64,000 bases of DNA from Podarcis filfolensis (taxonomy: Eukaryota): NCBI GenBank assembly GCA_964270895.1, contig OZ185440.1; one strand, 5' to 3'. The notes under the pieces are model-generated. The model saw only the letters and a program-made list of their open reading frames with translations. It was not told the origin of the DNA and did not search any database. Positions 35,301 to 48,176 of this stretch are shown piece by piece; the first letter of the stretch is position 1, and each line of letters opens with the position of its first letter. Both the position numbers and the translations under genes were made by a program.

Positions 35301-38300
35301 GACAAAACCCCCTCCAAGTAACTGTTTTCAGGATAGTGCCTTGAATTCACAATTCTGGCTGCATGTTTAGTATATAAAAATATTTTGGGTAAGCTCTTGG
35401 TCATACAGACGAGTAGGCTGTCCAGGTAAATACAAACAGCCCTCGCCACTCTGTAGCCATACAGCCAACAATTCTAGATAACAAACCCAGTGCTGGTAGT
35501 GAGAACGGGCCAAATCTAGCCCTCTGAAAATAACCTCCTTCTTTGCATATTAATGTTTTGCAGTAATCACTTCCTTTCCAGAAGTGGTTTCCTTTCCAGC
35601 TCTGCATGGAGGCACAAAACTATGGTAGCTGCTGTCAGATCAACAGCAGCTGTTACTAGTTATGGAACAGCATTGATAACACTGCTTGGATCTTTCCTGG
35701 CAGCTTTCTTACATCATTTTTGAACGTGAACTACAGCTCGTAAGCTCACATTATGAAAATGGCAAGAAACACCTAGAATTTGCCTTTTTTGTTTGATGGA
35801 GCTATGCTGGTTTCCCTTGGAGAATGGCTAGCCTCCCAAACTTAGGATAAAGAAATCTGTACAACGGGGGTATTCAATGCTATCTCTACTCAGAGTAGAT
35901 CTATTGAAGTTAATGGACATAACACAGGTTCATCCATTTTAATGGGTAGAATTCTAATGAGTATAATTTAGTTGGCTACAACTCAACACGAGGATTAGAC
36001 AAATAGGCTATGGCTATCAATGCTGTGCACCGTGCATGCTACTGGATTTTGTATCTTGTACGAAAGCCTCTGTATTTCATGTGCTTGCTGCACCAGCACA
36101 TGAACATTAGCTGCTGGGATAGCTCAGTCGGTACAGCATGAGGCTCTTAATCTCATTTGGCATCAGGTGCAGAAACTGATATTCTGAGAATCTCAGTTAG
36201 ATCTAAAAACAAACCAAAATCCAGAAAACCAAAACGACAATAAAAGCTAGAAACAAAACCTGAAAATTTCTAGTTCTTATGATGGCCTGGATAACCTTGA
36301 AAACAGGTTGGGCAGTCAGGGCCGGCTCAAGTAATTTTGGCACCTGAGGAGAACCACAGGATGGCACACCCACCCACACCCTGCCAGGGAAGAAAGAGTG
36401 AGTGAAGGTTTATATCAGGAACAAGAGCAGGGGGAAAAAACACCTACATCAGGAACTGCTGCCCCTGTGGATCCTGCTGCTTGAGGCAGTTGCCCCACCT
36501 TGCCTCATGGGTGGGGCAACCCTGTGGGCAGTATATCTGGCAACATCTTAAAAAGCCTAAACAGACTGAACTGGAGTTCCGGTTAGAGTGGAGCTTCAGT
36601 GCTCTGTAGAGCTCCTTGGCTGACAGAACCAACATTATCAGTTTGATTTGTTCGCACAATATATTCCAAGTGCAGAACTTAGGCTCCACTTGCTACAGTA
36701 TTTGTAGCAAGAAAAACTCTTGCTCAGACAAATATTTTACTGCTCTATTGCTGTCTTCACCTAGCTATATGGAACTCTCATAATTTGCTCCGTGGGTTAC
36801 AATAAGAACCAATACCAGTCTTATGCTCAGTGTTCATTGATTTTACAGCTACAGATAGTAAAAATGCAGCTGGATTTGGTGTTACCTATCACCGGATAAT
36901 CACGCTCAGTTGTTAGCCCAGGAAGTCGAAGTTAAATCCCAATTAAATTGAAATGTGAGAGGAAAGAACTTCCCTTGTGGAACCAGCAAAGCTTTAGCCC
37001 TTAGGTTATTTTTAAAACTCTTGTTCTACCAAATTCCTTTTTAGCTGATACTTGATACCTTTTTAACATGAGCTTTATTAACAGTGATGAAGTGCAACAA
37101 CTTCACAGTCAAGCAGTTGTATCTGTGCTGGCCACCCAGACAGCCACCCTTTCATGGCTTTTGTTGTAGCTTTCTAGCATAAATAATATAGGTCTAATGT
37201 ATCTGAGGTCCTCCTTAGTAAAACACTTCACTGTTTTTGCACATACAAAACCTATTTATCTGACACATTGGACCAGGAAGCTGAGATTCTCTAGAGGAAT
37301 GCTGCACACATATATTCCTTGCCATAAGTAGGAATTATTATACGCACACTTTAACACAGTATGAGCCTTTAACTTTTTTTTTTAAGCTTATGAGGTAGAG
37401 AACAGGATACTTTTTACCTCTTAGTATTTCTCCAGAATGATATACATGGCCATAAACATTGTGCCAAATCCCAAAGTAACTACTTAGATTCTATACAATC
37501 CTTAAGACAGAAGTCCTTTATACGTAAGATTTGGTCTACTGTTCTTTTTGCTGAATACCATGTGTGTAATGGACTAGTTATAACTCTAAATACTGAAGAT
37601 AATGGTGGCATTAATGAGGCAAACTTGGCATATATGAACTGCCTTTCTTTTCACAGGCAAGCCAAGTGATCAATAACTGAGACAGCAACAAACTCATCCT
37701 CGATTTCTTAAAAGGTCCACGTCTCTTTAACAAGTTCTTCTTACGGAACTTGAGGCAATACATATGTTATTAAACATAAATCAATAAGTGTATTGTAAGC
37801 ATATCAGTAAACCACATGCAAAACTATGCCTCTAGATACTAAGTTATATCCAGCAAAGTCTTCACATTTGCACAAGGAATTCTGCTTCCGCAGTGGAACT
37901 TCGCTTGCCTCTCCTCCCTCTGTCTCATACCCAAATCTGTTCTGGATTTCACCCCAAACTCCCAGAGCAGATTTGGCGGGGGGGGGCACAGTGTCACGCA
38001 GGGAGAGGAGAGGGAGGGGAAGTTCCGCTGTGCACGCTGATCTCTACCACCAGCCCTGACTTCCTATCTAAAATAAATACATGTAGCTGCATTTAGAACA
38101 TAATCTTGCTGACAATTACTTTTCCATCCATTTCTGATAGTGCCCACTTTGTAACTTGCACACTTGCTGGTCAAATACTTTGTATCACATGCTATAAAAT
38201 GCTCATATGCTTTGCTGTGCTATTGAAGTCTCCAAATTACTTAACACTGGTATTTTGACAGAAACCTGAGGACAATTTGATATAGGGTGAGGAGGAGGAC

Positions 38301-41300
38301 TTCTCCCACTTCTGTCCCAAATGGCAACAACATCCTAGCCTACCCAGGCACTTGATGTATCTCTGCTTTTCTGCATCACCAGATAGAAAAAGAGTGACGG
38401 GCCCATAAGTGATCTAAAAGATGAGGCAGGACTGGTCCAGGTTTTCATTTTGATCTGTTAGGCAAATAGCTCTTTGATTGTATGCTGAGAAGCGTAACAA
38501 TCACATGTAACCATCAAGGGTTGATCAGGATACGATTTCCTCATATTCATTTGGAAGATCAGTAATTCAGCAATCACACTATGATGCTGATCATTATCTT
38601 GACTACAGAAATCCCTTATCTTACGCAGGGGTTCAGTTCTAAGAGTTACACAAGTATACACAAAAATCACACATAGTCAAACCCTTGGAGCCACCCCATG
38701 GCTAATGGGAGAGGGAGGGAGCATCCCTAGCACTGCCAGAGCTGATGTGCCAAGCTCAGCAAGCAAGGTGGAGAGCGTCAAAATTCTTTTTGTGCTTGGT
38801 CCACTTGGGTTACCTGTTGTGAAAACAGCTTTGAAGCGCTCTCGCAGACTCTGGAAGGCCAAGGATGCTCACACGAGATCTCATGGGAAGTCACATTGTC
38901 TCACAGGAAGATCCCAGAGCTTTCCAGAGTTGGTATGCTGATCAGGCCTTGCTCCACAAGCGATTTGGAGAGCTTAAAGGCTCTTTCCATAGCAGGCACA
39001 AAAAGCGTTTTTAAGCTCTCTCCTTTGTCTGGGACTTGACTTGCACAATTTCAACTAGCCCACCTTCATTGATGAATGTTTGAAATTCCACAAGTCAAAT
39101 GTGTGTAAGATGAGGGATTACTGTAAATACTATCCTGAGACTCCTCATTTTCATCATTAACTAGTAGAATTCCCTTTTCACCTATGAACAAGCAATGCAA
39201 AAATCTGTTGAGCACCAAAATGGTAACAGTCAACCTTTAATTCAACAGAAGAAAATGGGAAAGCGCATCTTCTTTAGGTGTTCACTGCAAATGTCAATTG
39301 AGGACAGCAGGTCGGAATGCATGGAGTGATGGTTCTTGGAATGTGAGTGTCCTAGGCTTGTCTCCATGCTTAGCTGGCTGTGGATACCATACCTGGAAAT
39401 GTGCAGTCTCACAATAAAGAAAAGTATACAGAGTATAGTCTCACTACTTATTTCTTAAAGGTGGAGATTTATATTTATAAAGGTTTTCACTAACATTTCA
39501 ATAGAATGATGACATACTATTTTAGTGGTGTCCCCCATTTTTATTAAAAAAAAATTTTAGAAGAAAAGCCAAATTATCCCATGTTTTATAAACAAAGGCA
39601 GCTTATCCATGGAAACCAAACCTCTAAAAATAAACATACCTTTCTGTTCTAAGTTTTCTTCTGTTCCTGCCAAAAAGAGACTGCTTTAGTTATGAAGGAT
39701 ATGAATATCTGATTATGTCACTCTCCAGGGGATGTTCTCAGGGGCTAGGGTACTAGTTACAAAATATATAAGCTTGGTACTCCCAAGTACTACAAATAAG
39801 GACAGGGTTGCAGATTCAGCACATTTCAGGAAAACAAAGGTCAAGCACAGAGAATCAGTCTAGGTTCAAACATCATCCAGAAACAAGATGGGGAAATAGT
39901 CCAAGGTCAGTACAACAGGGAGGTCAGGCAAGGTGCAGTAAAACAGAGAACCTAGAATCAGGAAAAAGGAGCTAAAGACCCATGTTGTTTCCAACAACTA
40001 GACAACTCAAGAGGGATGCCTTATATACTGCTAGCTGTGGAGTAACAGGTATGGCTTACTCACAAATAGATCCCTTACTTACAAGGAGGCTAACTACTCT
40101 GGGTCTGCAGACACATACTGCACTATTGTTCTTTGGCCTGGACCCAAATACTTTGGTGACCTTCCTCTTGAGGAATGCAGGGTTGCTGCACCTTCTGCTC
40201 AGAGAGTTCCAGGGGTTCCTCATCAGGTACCAATCCAGAGAGCCCCTCAAGGGGATCCTCACCATTAGACTCAGAGGACCTGTCCTGCTCCTCAAGGTCC
40301 TTGTCTTGGGGGTGGGGTGGGGTATGCAGATTGTCATCCGAGGACTTCGTATCAGGTCAAAACATGGAATGAAACCAGTGGTTTCATCTCTTAGAAAGAA
40401 AGCTCAGGCTGCAATCCTTACACTACTTACGTATGAGTAAGCCCCATTGAATTCAGCGGGACTTACTTTTTGGTAGACATTATTAAGCTGGCACCATCAG
40501 CATCACTAGTGCCCTGCCTTAAGGGGGGGAAACACATAGCATAATAATATATTACTATGGCTATATGTTTAAATAAATATTGCTCTTGGTGAGCCAATAT
40601 TACAAATTTAAGGATGATGAAAAACAGACTGACCAGATCTAACTATTAAATGAAAAGCAAAATACGCTAATTGACAAAACTTAAGATGTATACGTTGGCT
40701 GGTTTCTAACGTAATACATATTACTAATTGCAAAAACTAGAAAAAATACACTAACAATTCTAATTGAAGTCTACTGGAAAAACAGCTTTAAACTAACTCT
40801 TATTCTATGTCCCCTTAAAGTGCTTTCCCTGTGCCAAAAGTCTCTTTTTACACATAAAGATGGATGCAGTGTACCAGCAAATCTCATTCTACTTGGTCTT
40901 CTCTAGAGGTTGGCCACCCACCACCTTCTCCCTCTCCCTTACTCCTGTTGATGAAGTGCCCAGAAACAAATGACCTGAGATGGAATAAAGTGTGCCTCTT
41001 CCATTTCATGTACTCAGTTGCAGAATCTTTCTTTTTGGGCATGCTTACCCACACCGCCAGTGCCTTTTTGCTCAGTTCCCCCCTGGTTGGTGAGGAGGGC
41101 TTAGAAAACCCATGTGGTCTCTAGTGCAGGTGGTTGTATGTCACCAGTAAGCAGCTCCTCTCATGTCTCTGTGCAGTCCCGTAGTACAAAATAGTTCACT
41201 GCTTTATATGGAGTGGGCTCCTGTTATTGTGACAAACTTCGCAGAACTTTTCATCCCAATGCAACCATCTGATTTGACTAGCAGACCTGGCACACAAACA

Positions 41301-44300
41301 GCCCCTATTCAGCTGTTCTTCCTCCCTCCTTTCCCAGCATGAATATTATCACATAAGGGGGAAAGCAGGGATGAAACTTACTGTTCCCGCAGGCCCCCAG
41401 ATGTCGTCACCCCCCCCCAAATATCTGCAGTGGGCTGCCTGCTCTACCCAGGGTTCTAAATCACTGAAGTAGAGCAAGCTTCCTCAGTGCAGATGTTCAA
41501 CCATCAACATGCGAAGGGCAGTGGGAGAAAGCAGGTCTAAAAGACTCACCACTGCACTAGGGCAAGGGAAAGTAAATAGGACTATGCTTTCATGAAGGCT
41601 GAGGCATGGTAGTCCAAGAACACTTTAGTACAGAGAAGGTACTATGGATGTAGGATTGTTTTTCTTCTTTGTGTATGTTGCCATAACCGGAGCAGAAATT
41701 TCACTCACTCTTCAAAACAAAGCAACTGCCACCAGGATTGCCATCTTGAGATAAAGATGCATAAGAATGAAGGTTGTATTCAGCTCAAACAGCTTCTCAA
41801 TTGGGAGGGAGGGTGTAATCGCGTGCAAACCTAAGCCATGCTGCCATGCTCTTTTTTAGAGAGATGAGGCTTTCTCCTGGAAACCTTTCCAAACAACCCA
41901 TACTTGTTCTGTCTTTTTCTAATTGTACTGTCATGAACCTTAACATTTAACATGCTAACTGAGGCCTGTAGAGCCTGACATGTAACTTTTGGTTTGTTTG
42001 TGTCTCTGAGCATTGCATGGTCTGACCTTGGGGTGAATTTGCTGGGACATCCACTCCTGAGAAGATTAGCAACTGTCTTGAATGTTTTCCACTTTCGAAT
42101 AATCTTTCTCACTGTAGAATGATAGACTTAAAATTGGTCGGAGGTGACCTTTCCCAGTTTCACAGGCAGCAATGCACTTGCTTATCTTTCCTTCTTGGTA
42201 TAGTGTTAAAGCACACCTCAATGATCCAGACCATCAAACTGCCAAAAGTTCAGTTTTTATAGAGGTGGGCACACTTGCTGATGATCAATTAAGCAAGGGT
42301 ATTTTATTAACAGCCCCTGTCCACTACTTAGCCTCTTAATTCCTATGGAAGCAGTAAGAGTGTACTTAGTTTTTCACACATGATTTCTCAATCTTGGCTT
42401 TATTTCTGTTAAATAAATCATGACACGGTATAATATGTCATGTGTTGTTGTTCATCTGAGGTTGTATTTATCTATTTTAAGACCTGCTAAGGAACAAGTG
42501 ATTGCTATTATGTCCTGATATGTAAAATCACAGAATTCAAATAGGGTGCACTTTATTTTCCCCATGGCTGTACGTGAAGGAGAAATGTCAACTTTGCTGC
42601 TGCTAAATTATCTGGGGTTTGTTTGGTTTAGAGCCTTGGCTTTCTAACATCATTTGGGGCAGCTGTTGAGTCCCAATGTCTTATATGCAGTTACTCTTAG
42701 TTAAAATAGATGAAGTGGTTTAACAACTGTGAAAACATTAGAAGTTCACATAACTTGTGCGCCTTTCATAAATTCCACTCCTGATAGACACGTATAAATA
42801 GAAGCTATTCATTGGGGAATAACTGGTCAGCTTTAAGAATCTCAGGAGCTATATTAAAATGGTGTCGGAAAAAGTTGGAAAAGAGATTACTCTTGAGATA
42901 AGAAACTGATTCCTAAAGCAACAAACATCTATGGACACGTGCTTCATTGAAAATTAAGACCTGCCACTAACTCATGCCGAAGAGTAGGTGTTTTCTTCAA
43001 AATTACCAAATTATACTTCTATCACTTCTTGTGAGTCTATGAAGATGTGGGAGTGTGGGGAAAGCAGAAGATAACTCATCATTTTCGGGGACAGGGAAGA
43101 CCACCACTATAGTAGGCACCCACAACAGCCCCCAAGTTGAAAGGTATTTCATTCTATGTCTCAATTAGAGGGTGTTTTTTTTGTAAATGATGCTAGCGCC
43201 TGACTTTGGATTTTGGGATCTTGCTTCTTCATCAGCAAGGAAAAGTGAGTCTTATACTTTGAAGCAAGGTGAAAGTCAGCACCACAGACAGAAACTTCAA
43301 AACAAGCCAACAGCCACACACCCCTCCAAACACAAAGCCTAAAGATGGACATTTAAACAGTTCCTACGTATGTCAGCCCCTGCTTTATTTTAAAACTTTT
43401 GAATTTTTATATTTCAGGACAATGTTATTTTTAAAGACCATGAGCAGAAGTCACAATATTGCTAGTCATGTAGCCACACGCTGATTCCTTATTGAAACCT
43501 GGTGGAAATGTGGGGCCAGCCTGAATGGCTTGGTAGATGATATGAGTCAGGGGAATGGAAGGGGTGAAAGTTATCAAGTGCAACCTTTCCTTCCCCCATA
43601 ATATGCCTGCACAGTCCCAATGCAGGGCCCTTAAAAGAGCAATGGCTCTTAACCAAAGTAAACTTAAATCCAAGCCATATTACAATCCATATTATAATTT
43701 CTGTCACAAGCATGCAGTGAGAGTTTTGAAGAATATATACGTAAATACGCTAGTCAAATTGAACTTACAAAGATGTCAGTAGCACAAAAACAATTTTAAA
43801 ATGTACCAGCAACTTGGAATATTTAATACTTTATTTTGAAAAAAAAAAACTTTTCTCTTAGCCAGCCATCTCTGTAGTTCCCTTATTTCTAGAATCTTGC
43901 CTAATTTCTTCTCTGCTTCCCAGGACACAACACTGCTATTCAAAATGTTAGAGATTCTATCATTTGATTGGCCTAAGCAAACCTTTGGAGTCTTGGGCTA
44001 CATAGAGTCAAATATACAATCACTGTGAAAATAACTCTGAAAGCCATTACCCAACATGGTGCTCACAGGTGTCCAGGATTTTTAATCCTAATTAATCTGT
44101 TTTTGTTGGCACCCCGTTATCATCTTAGACATGGGGATAAAATGTACTATACAGCACAGGAATAACAGCAGTGACCAGGTGACTAGTGCAGCTTTGTTCA
44201 GTCCTGAACAGTCCTTTCTACTAGTCCTTTTCTCTCTCCCTACCTGTTTCCTCTGCACCCAATGGGCTGCCAGGGGAGGGCAAAATAACTGTTCTGTTCC

Positions 44301-47300
44301 ATTTGCAAAGAGCTCTGGAAATTAGGCCAAAGGCTGCATACAATTAGGCCTAGGTTGCTGATCCTCTGGGTTAAGGAAACCACATGTTTCTGCCTTGTCT
44401 TTGGTTATGAAAAAGTTGTATGGAGCAGCATGTGTCTCTGCCATACCACTGTCTAGCTTCCTTTGTCCCTCAGAAGATACCCCAAGTCTTATTAGCTACA
44501 TGTGGATTTCATGTGAGTCTGTCCCTAGTATAATAGATGCAAAAGGTTTGAGGATGGCACAGTAATGTTTCCCCATTTTTTTTTACATGTTATGTCAATA
44601 TTTAAAGGTTTCTTTTAAAAATAGCAAGGACATCATCTAAAAAAAAAAGTAAACAGTATGGCTAATGTCCTTCTGTAAAACATTTTATGACAAGGTCAAT
44701 TTTTAATGATATTCTAAGTAATGCTACAGATAAACCTGTGTGCATTAATCATTTCATTTATCTGACTTATCGCTGAAAAATTATTACCTGAGGTTACAAA
44801 GATGTTTCAAAGAAGCTGTCTAAGACAACCCTGTTTTAATAAACTTGGCTATGGCATACTTGTGTTGTTTTACTTTATCAAGTCCAAAAACTGGAATCTA
44901 AGGCTGGCTAGAAAGCTGGTTTATATCAAGCAAAACTCTTATCATGGGCTTGGTAATAGAAAACATGCATTTTACAAATGCATTAAAAAAACAGCTTCGG
45001 CCAAGTATTGTTTAAAAAGATGCCTATATGCTACCAAAACAATGAAGCAATGTTAAATTTATGAGCAACATGCTTTGTATGTGAATCATAACATACAATG
45101 CCATGTCCACATCACTGGTTTTGTTAATGGACAGTTGCACTTGATTTTGGCATAGGTAGTATCAGCCTGTTCTCACAACAAAGGAGTTATCTAAATTAAT
45201 ACAAATGTGGAACAATTCCAAATGATAATAGCTGCTCTGCCTTGACATGGGTAGTTTAATCTTTGACCTCTGGGTATAGGGCGGTATATAAATTCAATAA
45301 ATAAAATAAAAAATAAACTAGGCAAAGGCTGTCAGCCTATAATGTACACAGTGGAGCTGGATGAGCCTCTTTTGAAACTTGGGGGAATTTGAAAAGCTAT
45401 TGCTGATGCAGTGCAAGGACCTGTTTTGCAAGGACCTAAGAGAATAGCTCCCACCACTATGCAATCTGAACAAAAATCTTTCAAAACAGGACATGAACCT
45501 GAATAAGGAAGGTGAAAGTAACTTGCCCCTGGAATTGCATGGGATATAAATGAAAACTGGTGGCATGGGCATTAGTCGACTCAGAACTGAAAAAACATCT
45601 AGATAACAAGGGAGTGGATAAATGTTTTGCTTTCCCACAGAAATAACCATGCACATTTTTTTGCTGTTAACAAGATCAATAAACTCGCCACATTGTGAAG
45701 TCAATGTTTAACCCCGTTTTACAGCAATTGACTTCTGATAGGAACTCCTACCATTACATTTCTGTCACTTTACTTAGATATGGCCAGCACTGTAGCACTG
45801 TATATGGTTTTAATTTTCGGAATAAATGATGTAACACCTTATAATCTTTCTTCTGCACCCTTAATGATTTTGTGATGAAGTAATATAAGTTGCAAGTGAC
45901 CTCTGTAACTACCACTCAAGACCATAATATACACACTGGCTATGCAAACTATATTATCTTTACCTCTAAAAGTCCTTTCTAAATGTTCTATGGTTTATAG
46001 CAGCAGTGAAAGGCAGTTCAGGTCACCAGGGATTTATTCCCCTTTTTAATGTTTTTACTAGACTGAATAAACACATTCCCAAAGATTGAGACCACTGGCT
46101 ACTCCAAAGATCGGTGAAGCACAGGGTAAACTTGTTTAAGTTGAAGTCTGCAAGACTGACACTTCTTCACAACAATGGGCAGCTTTGTTAACTTTAAGTG
46201 GAACTGGTTTGGGCCACATAGCTTACAATGTACCCTGTTCCATCGAAAGCAATAAATGAATCTGGCCTTACTGGCTTCATATTGAGTTTCAATGTCATCT
46301 TCTTCACAAGGCTGTCTGTTATAAAATGGTCTCATTAATACCATGAAGTCACCCTGCCCTGAGCCCCCAAAACATTGGTTGCAGTATGATGATTGTTTTC
46401 AGTTTCTGGTAGGCATCACAGAAGATATACACTTTGGCAATGAAGCCAGACTAAGAAGGAGAAGTCAGCAAGCTTTTCTCTCATGGAAATCAAACTGGAA
46501 TTCTTGTGGTGTGGAGTGAGAAGAGTGTAGAGCATGTGGCTTTATCAGATCAGCCTCTCAGTTCCTGATATTCAATCACAGATAAAAGGAGCAAACCTCA
46601 GACTTTGCCTCAACTGGGTTGAATCAGCAATTGTTTTAAAAATTCAATAAAGTCTCCCAACTCTTTCAAGTCCATGGTATATGCATGACAGAGTAGGATT
46701 AACGCTGGACTTCTGGCATAGAAAACATCTTTCTTGTCATTTTTGCAGTCCTTACCAAAATGGCCATCTGCATTAAGACACCCACAGTGGACTGAGTGGT
46801 TTTGTTTTGGGGGCTTTAGGTATTTGTTACTGTGATTCCCCTCACCCTTATGAGGAGCTTGTTTGCTTGTTTTATAGCCCACCCCAGTCTGAAAATTGTG
46901 AGTAGAAAACAAAATACAAAGATTCTATTTTTATCTATCGATAAAATTCCACAGTTTGCAAACATGACCTGGTTTTTGAAGGTCTATCTGCCCACTGTGG
47001 GCAAGGCAGGATTTTGCTGTAATGGAAATTCAGATGTAATGATGCATTCACAGTTTCCGCCCTTCAGCCCTGTGGCTTTCTTGGCTACCCCCGAGTTTAA
47101 AAACTATGCATCATGAACCTATCAACTTTCCAGAAGGGAACACCCCAAATTGCTCAGCTTATTACTTCCTCCCACTCCCACACATTATTAATGAAATTCT
47201 GCCCTACAGTCTCAAGTGCTAACCCCTACATGAATTCTGCCAATCTGTTGAGTTCCTAGGATATCCAGATTTAACTGTTTTGGGCCAGTTGTTATTAAGC

Positions 47301-48142
47301 AACTCTTGCAGCGATTCAGTAACACAGAAATTGTGCAGTAGTTCAAGGCAAGCACATACAGATCTGGCTTCGATGTTCTGAGATGCTCAGCATACAGAAA
47401 TTATTAACCTGTAACATCCTAGCTCACGGTTCATCCTCTTATCCATTGCAGCTACACAGCAATAGGGTGGGTTTTCTAATGCACGTAACTTTTTAGAAAT
47501 GCTTCTACATTTGAAAATGCACATGGTGGAGACATACAAGATTTGTGCCTTTTAATGAAACTTAACAATGAGATTTTGTATTGGAGAGCCATTCTTAGTT
47601 TAATTTAGTTTAACTCTTAGTTTAATTCTATGGCCAGATATCTCTGTGTGTTCCTCTTAGTTACAGCAATGTAAAATCCTTCAAAGCTTTCAGTGAGCTT
47701 GCTTCTGATTTATACTGGTGTAAGTGCACCATCAAGTCTAGGATAATGATATAAGAAGTGGAAAAGGAGAGGAAATGACATGAAGATGGAAAAGGCTAGA
47801 GTTTCAACCCATTTTCCCAGGCTAAAAGTATTTTCTCCCCTTTTAAGAAATCCTCTTATCTCTTGGAATCTGCTATGCCATGTCTGCAGCTGCTGCTGCT
47901 GTTGTAGCACCAGACTGTTCTATCTCTCTTCTGACTGCTGATCCATCATGGTAGCAGCCAAACAGCTTGAAGATTAAGGAAGTAATACAGTTCTAAGGCC
48001 ATTAAAAGAGTAGGCTGCTCTCTGGGTCATGAAAATTATCTCAGATTTCAATGCGTGGCAAATAATGGATTACTACTGGGATATGATTTTAACACTTTAG
48101 GGGTCAAGTCTATTTCTTGGTAGTTAGAAAGATGCATCGTCG

Positions 48143-48176
<34 letters not shown>

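Noticed and set aside
36114-36155. Functional tRNA-Lys gene
   Set aside because: No T-arm/B-box or 3' acceptor stem, so it is a truncated SINE head or pseudogene.
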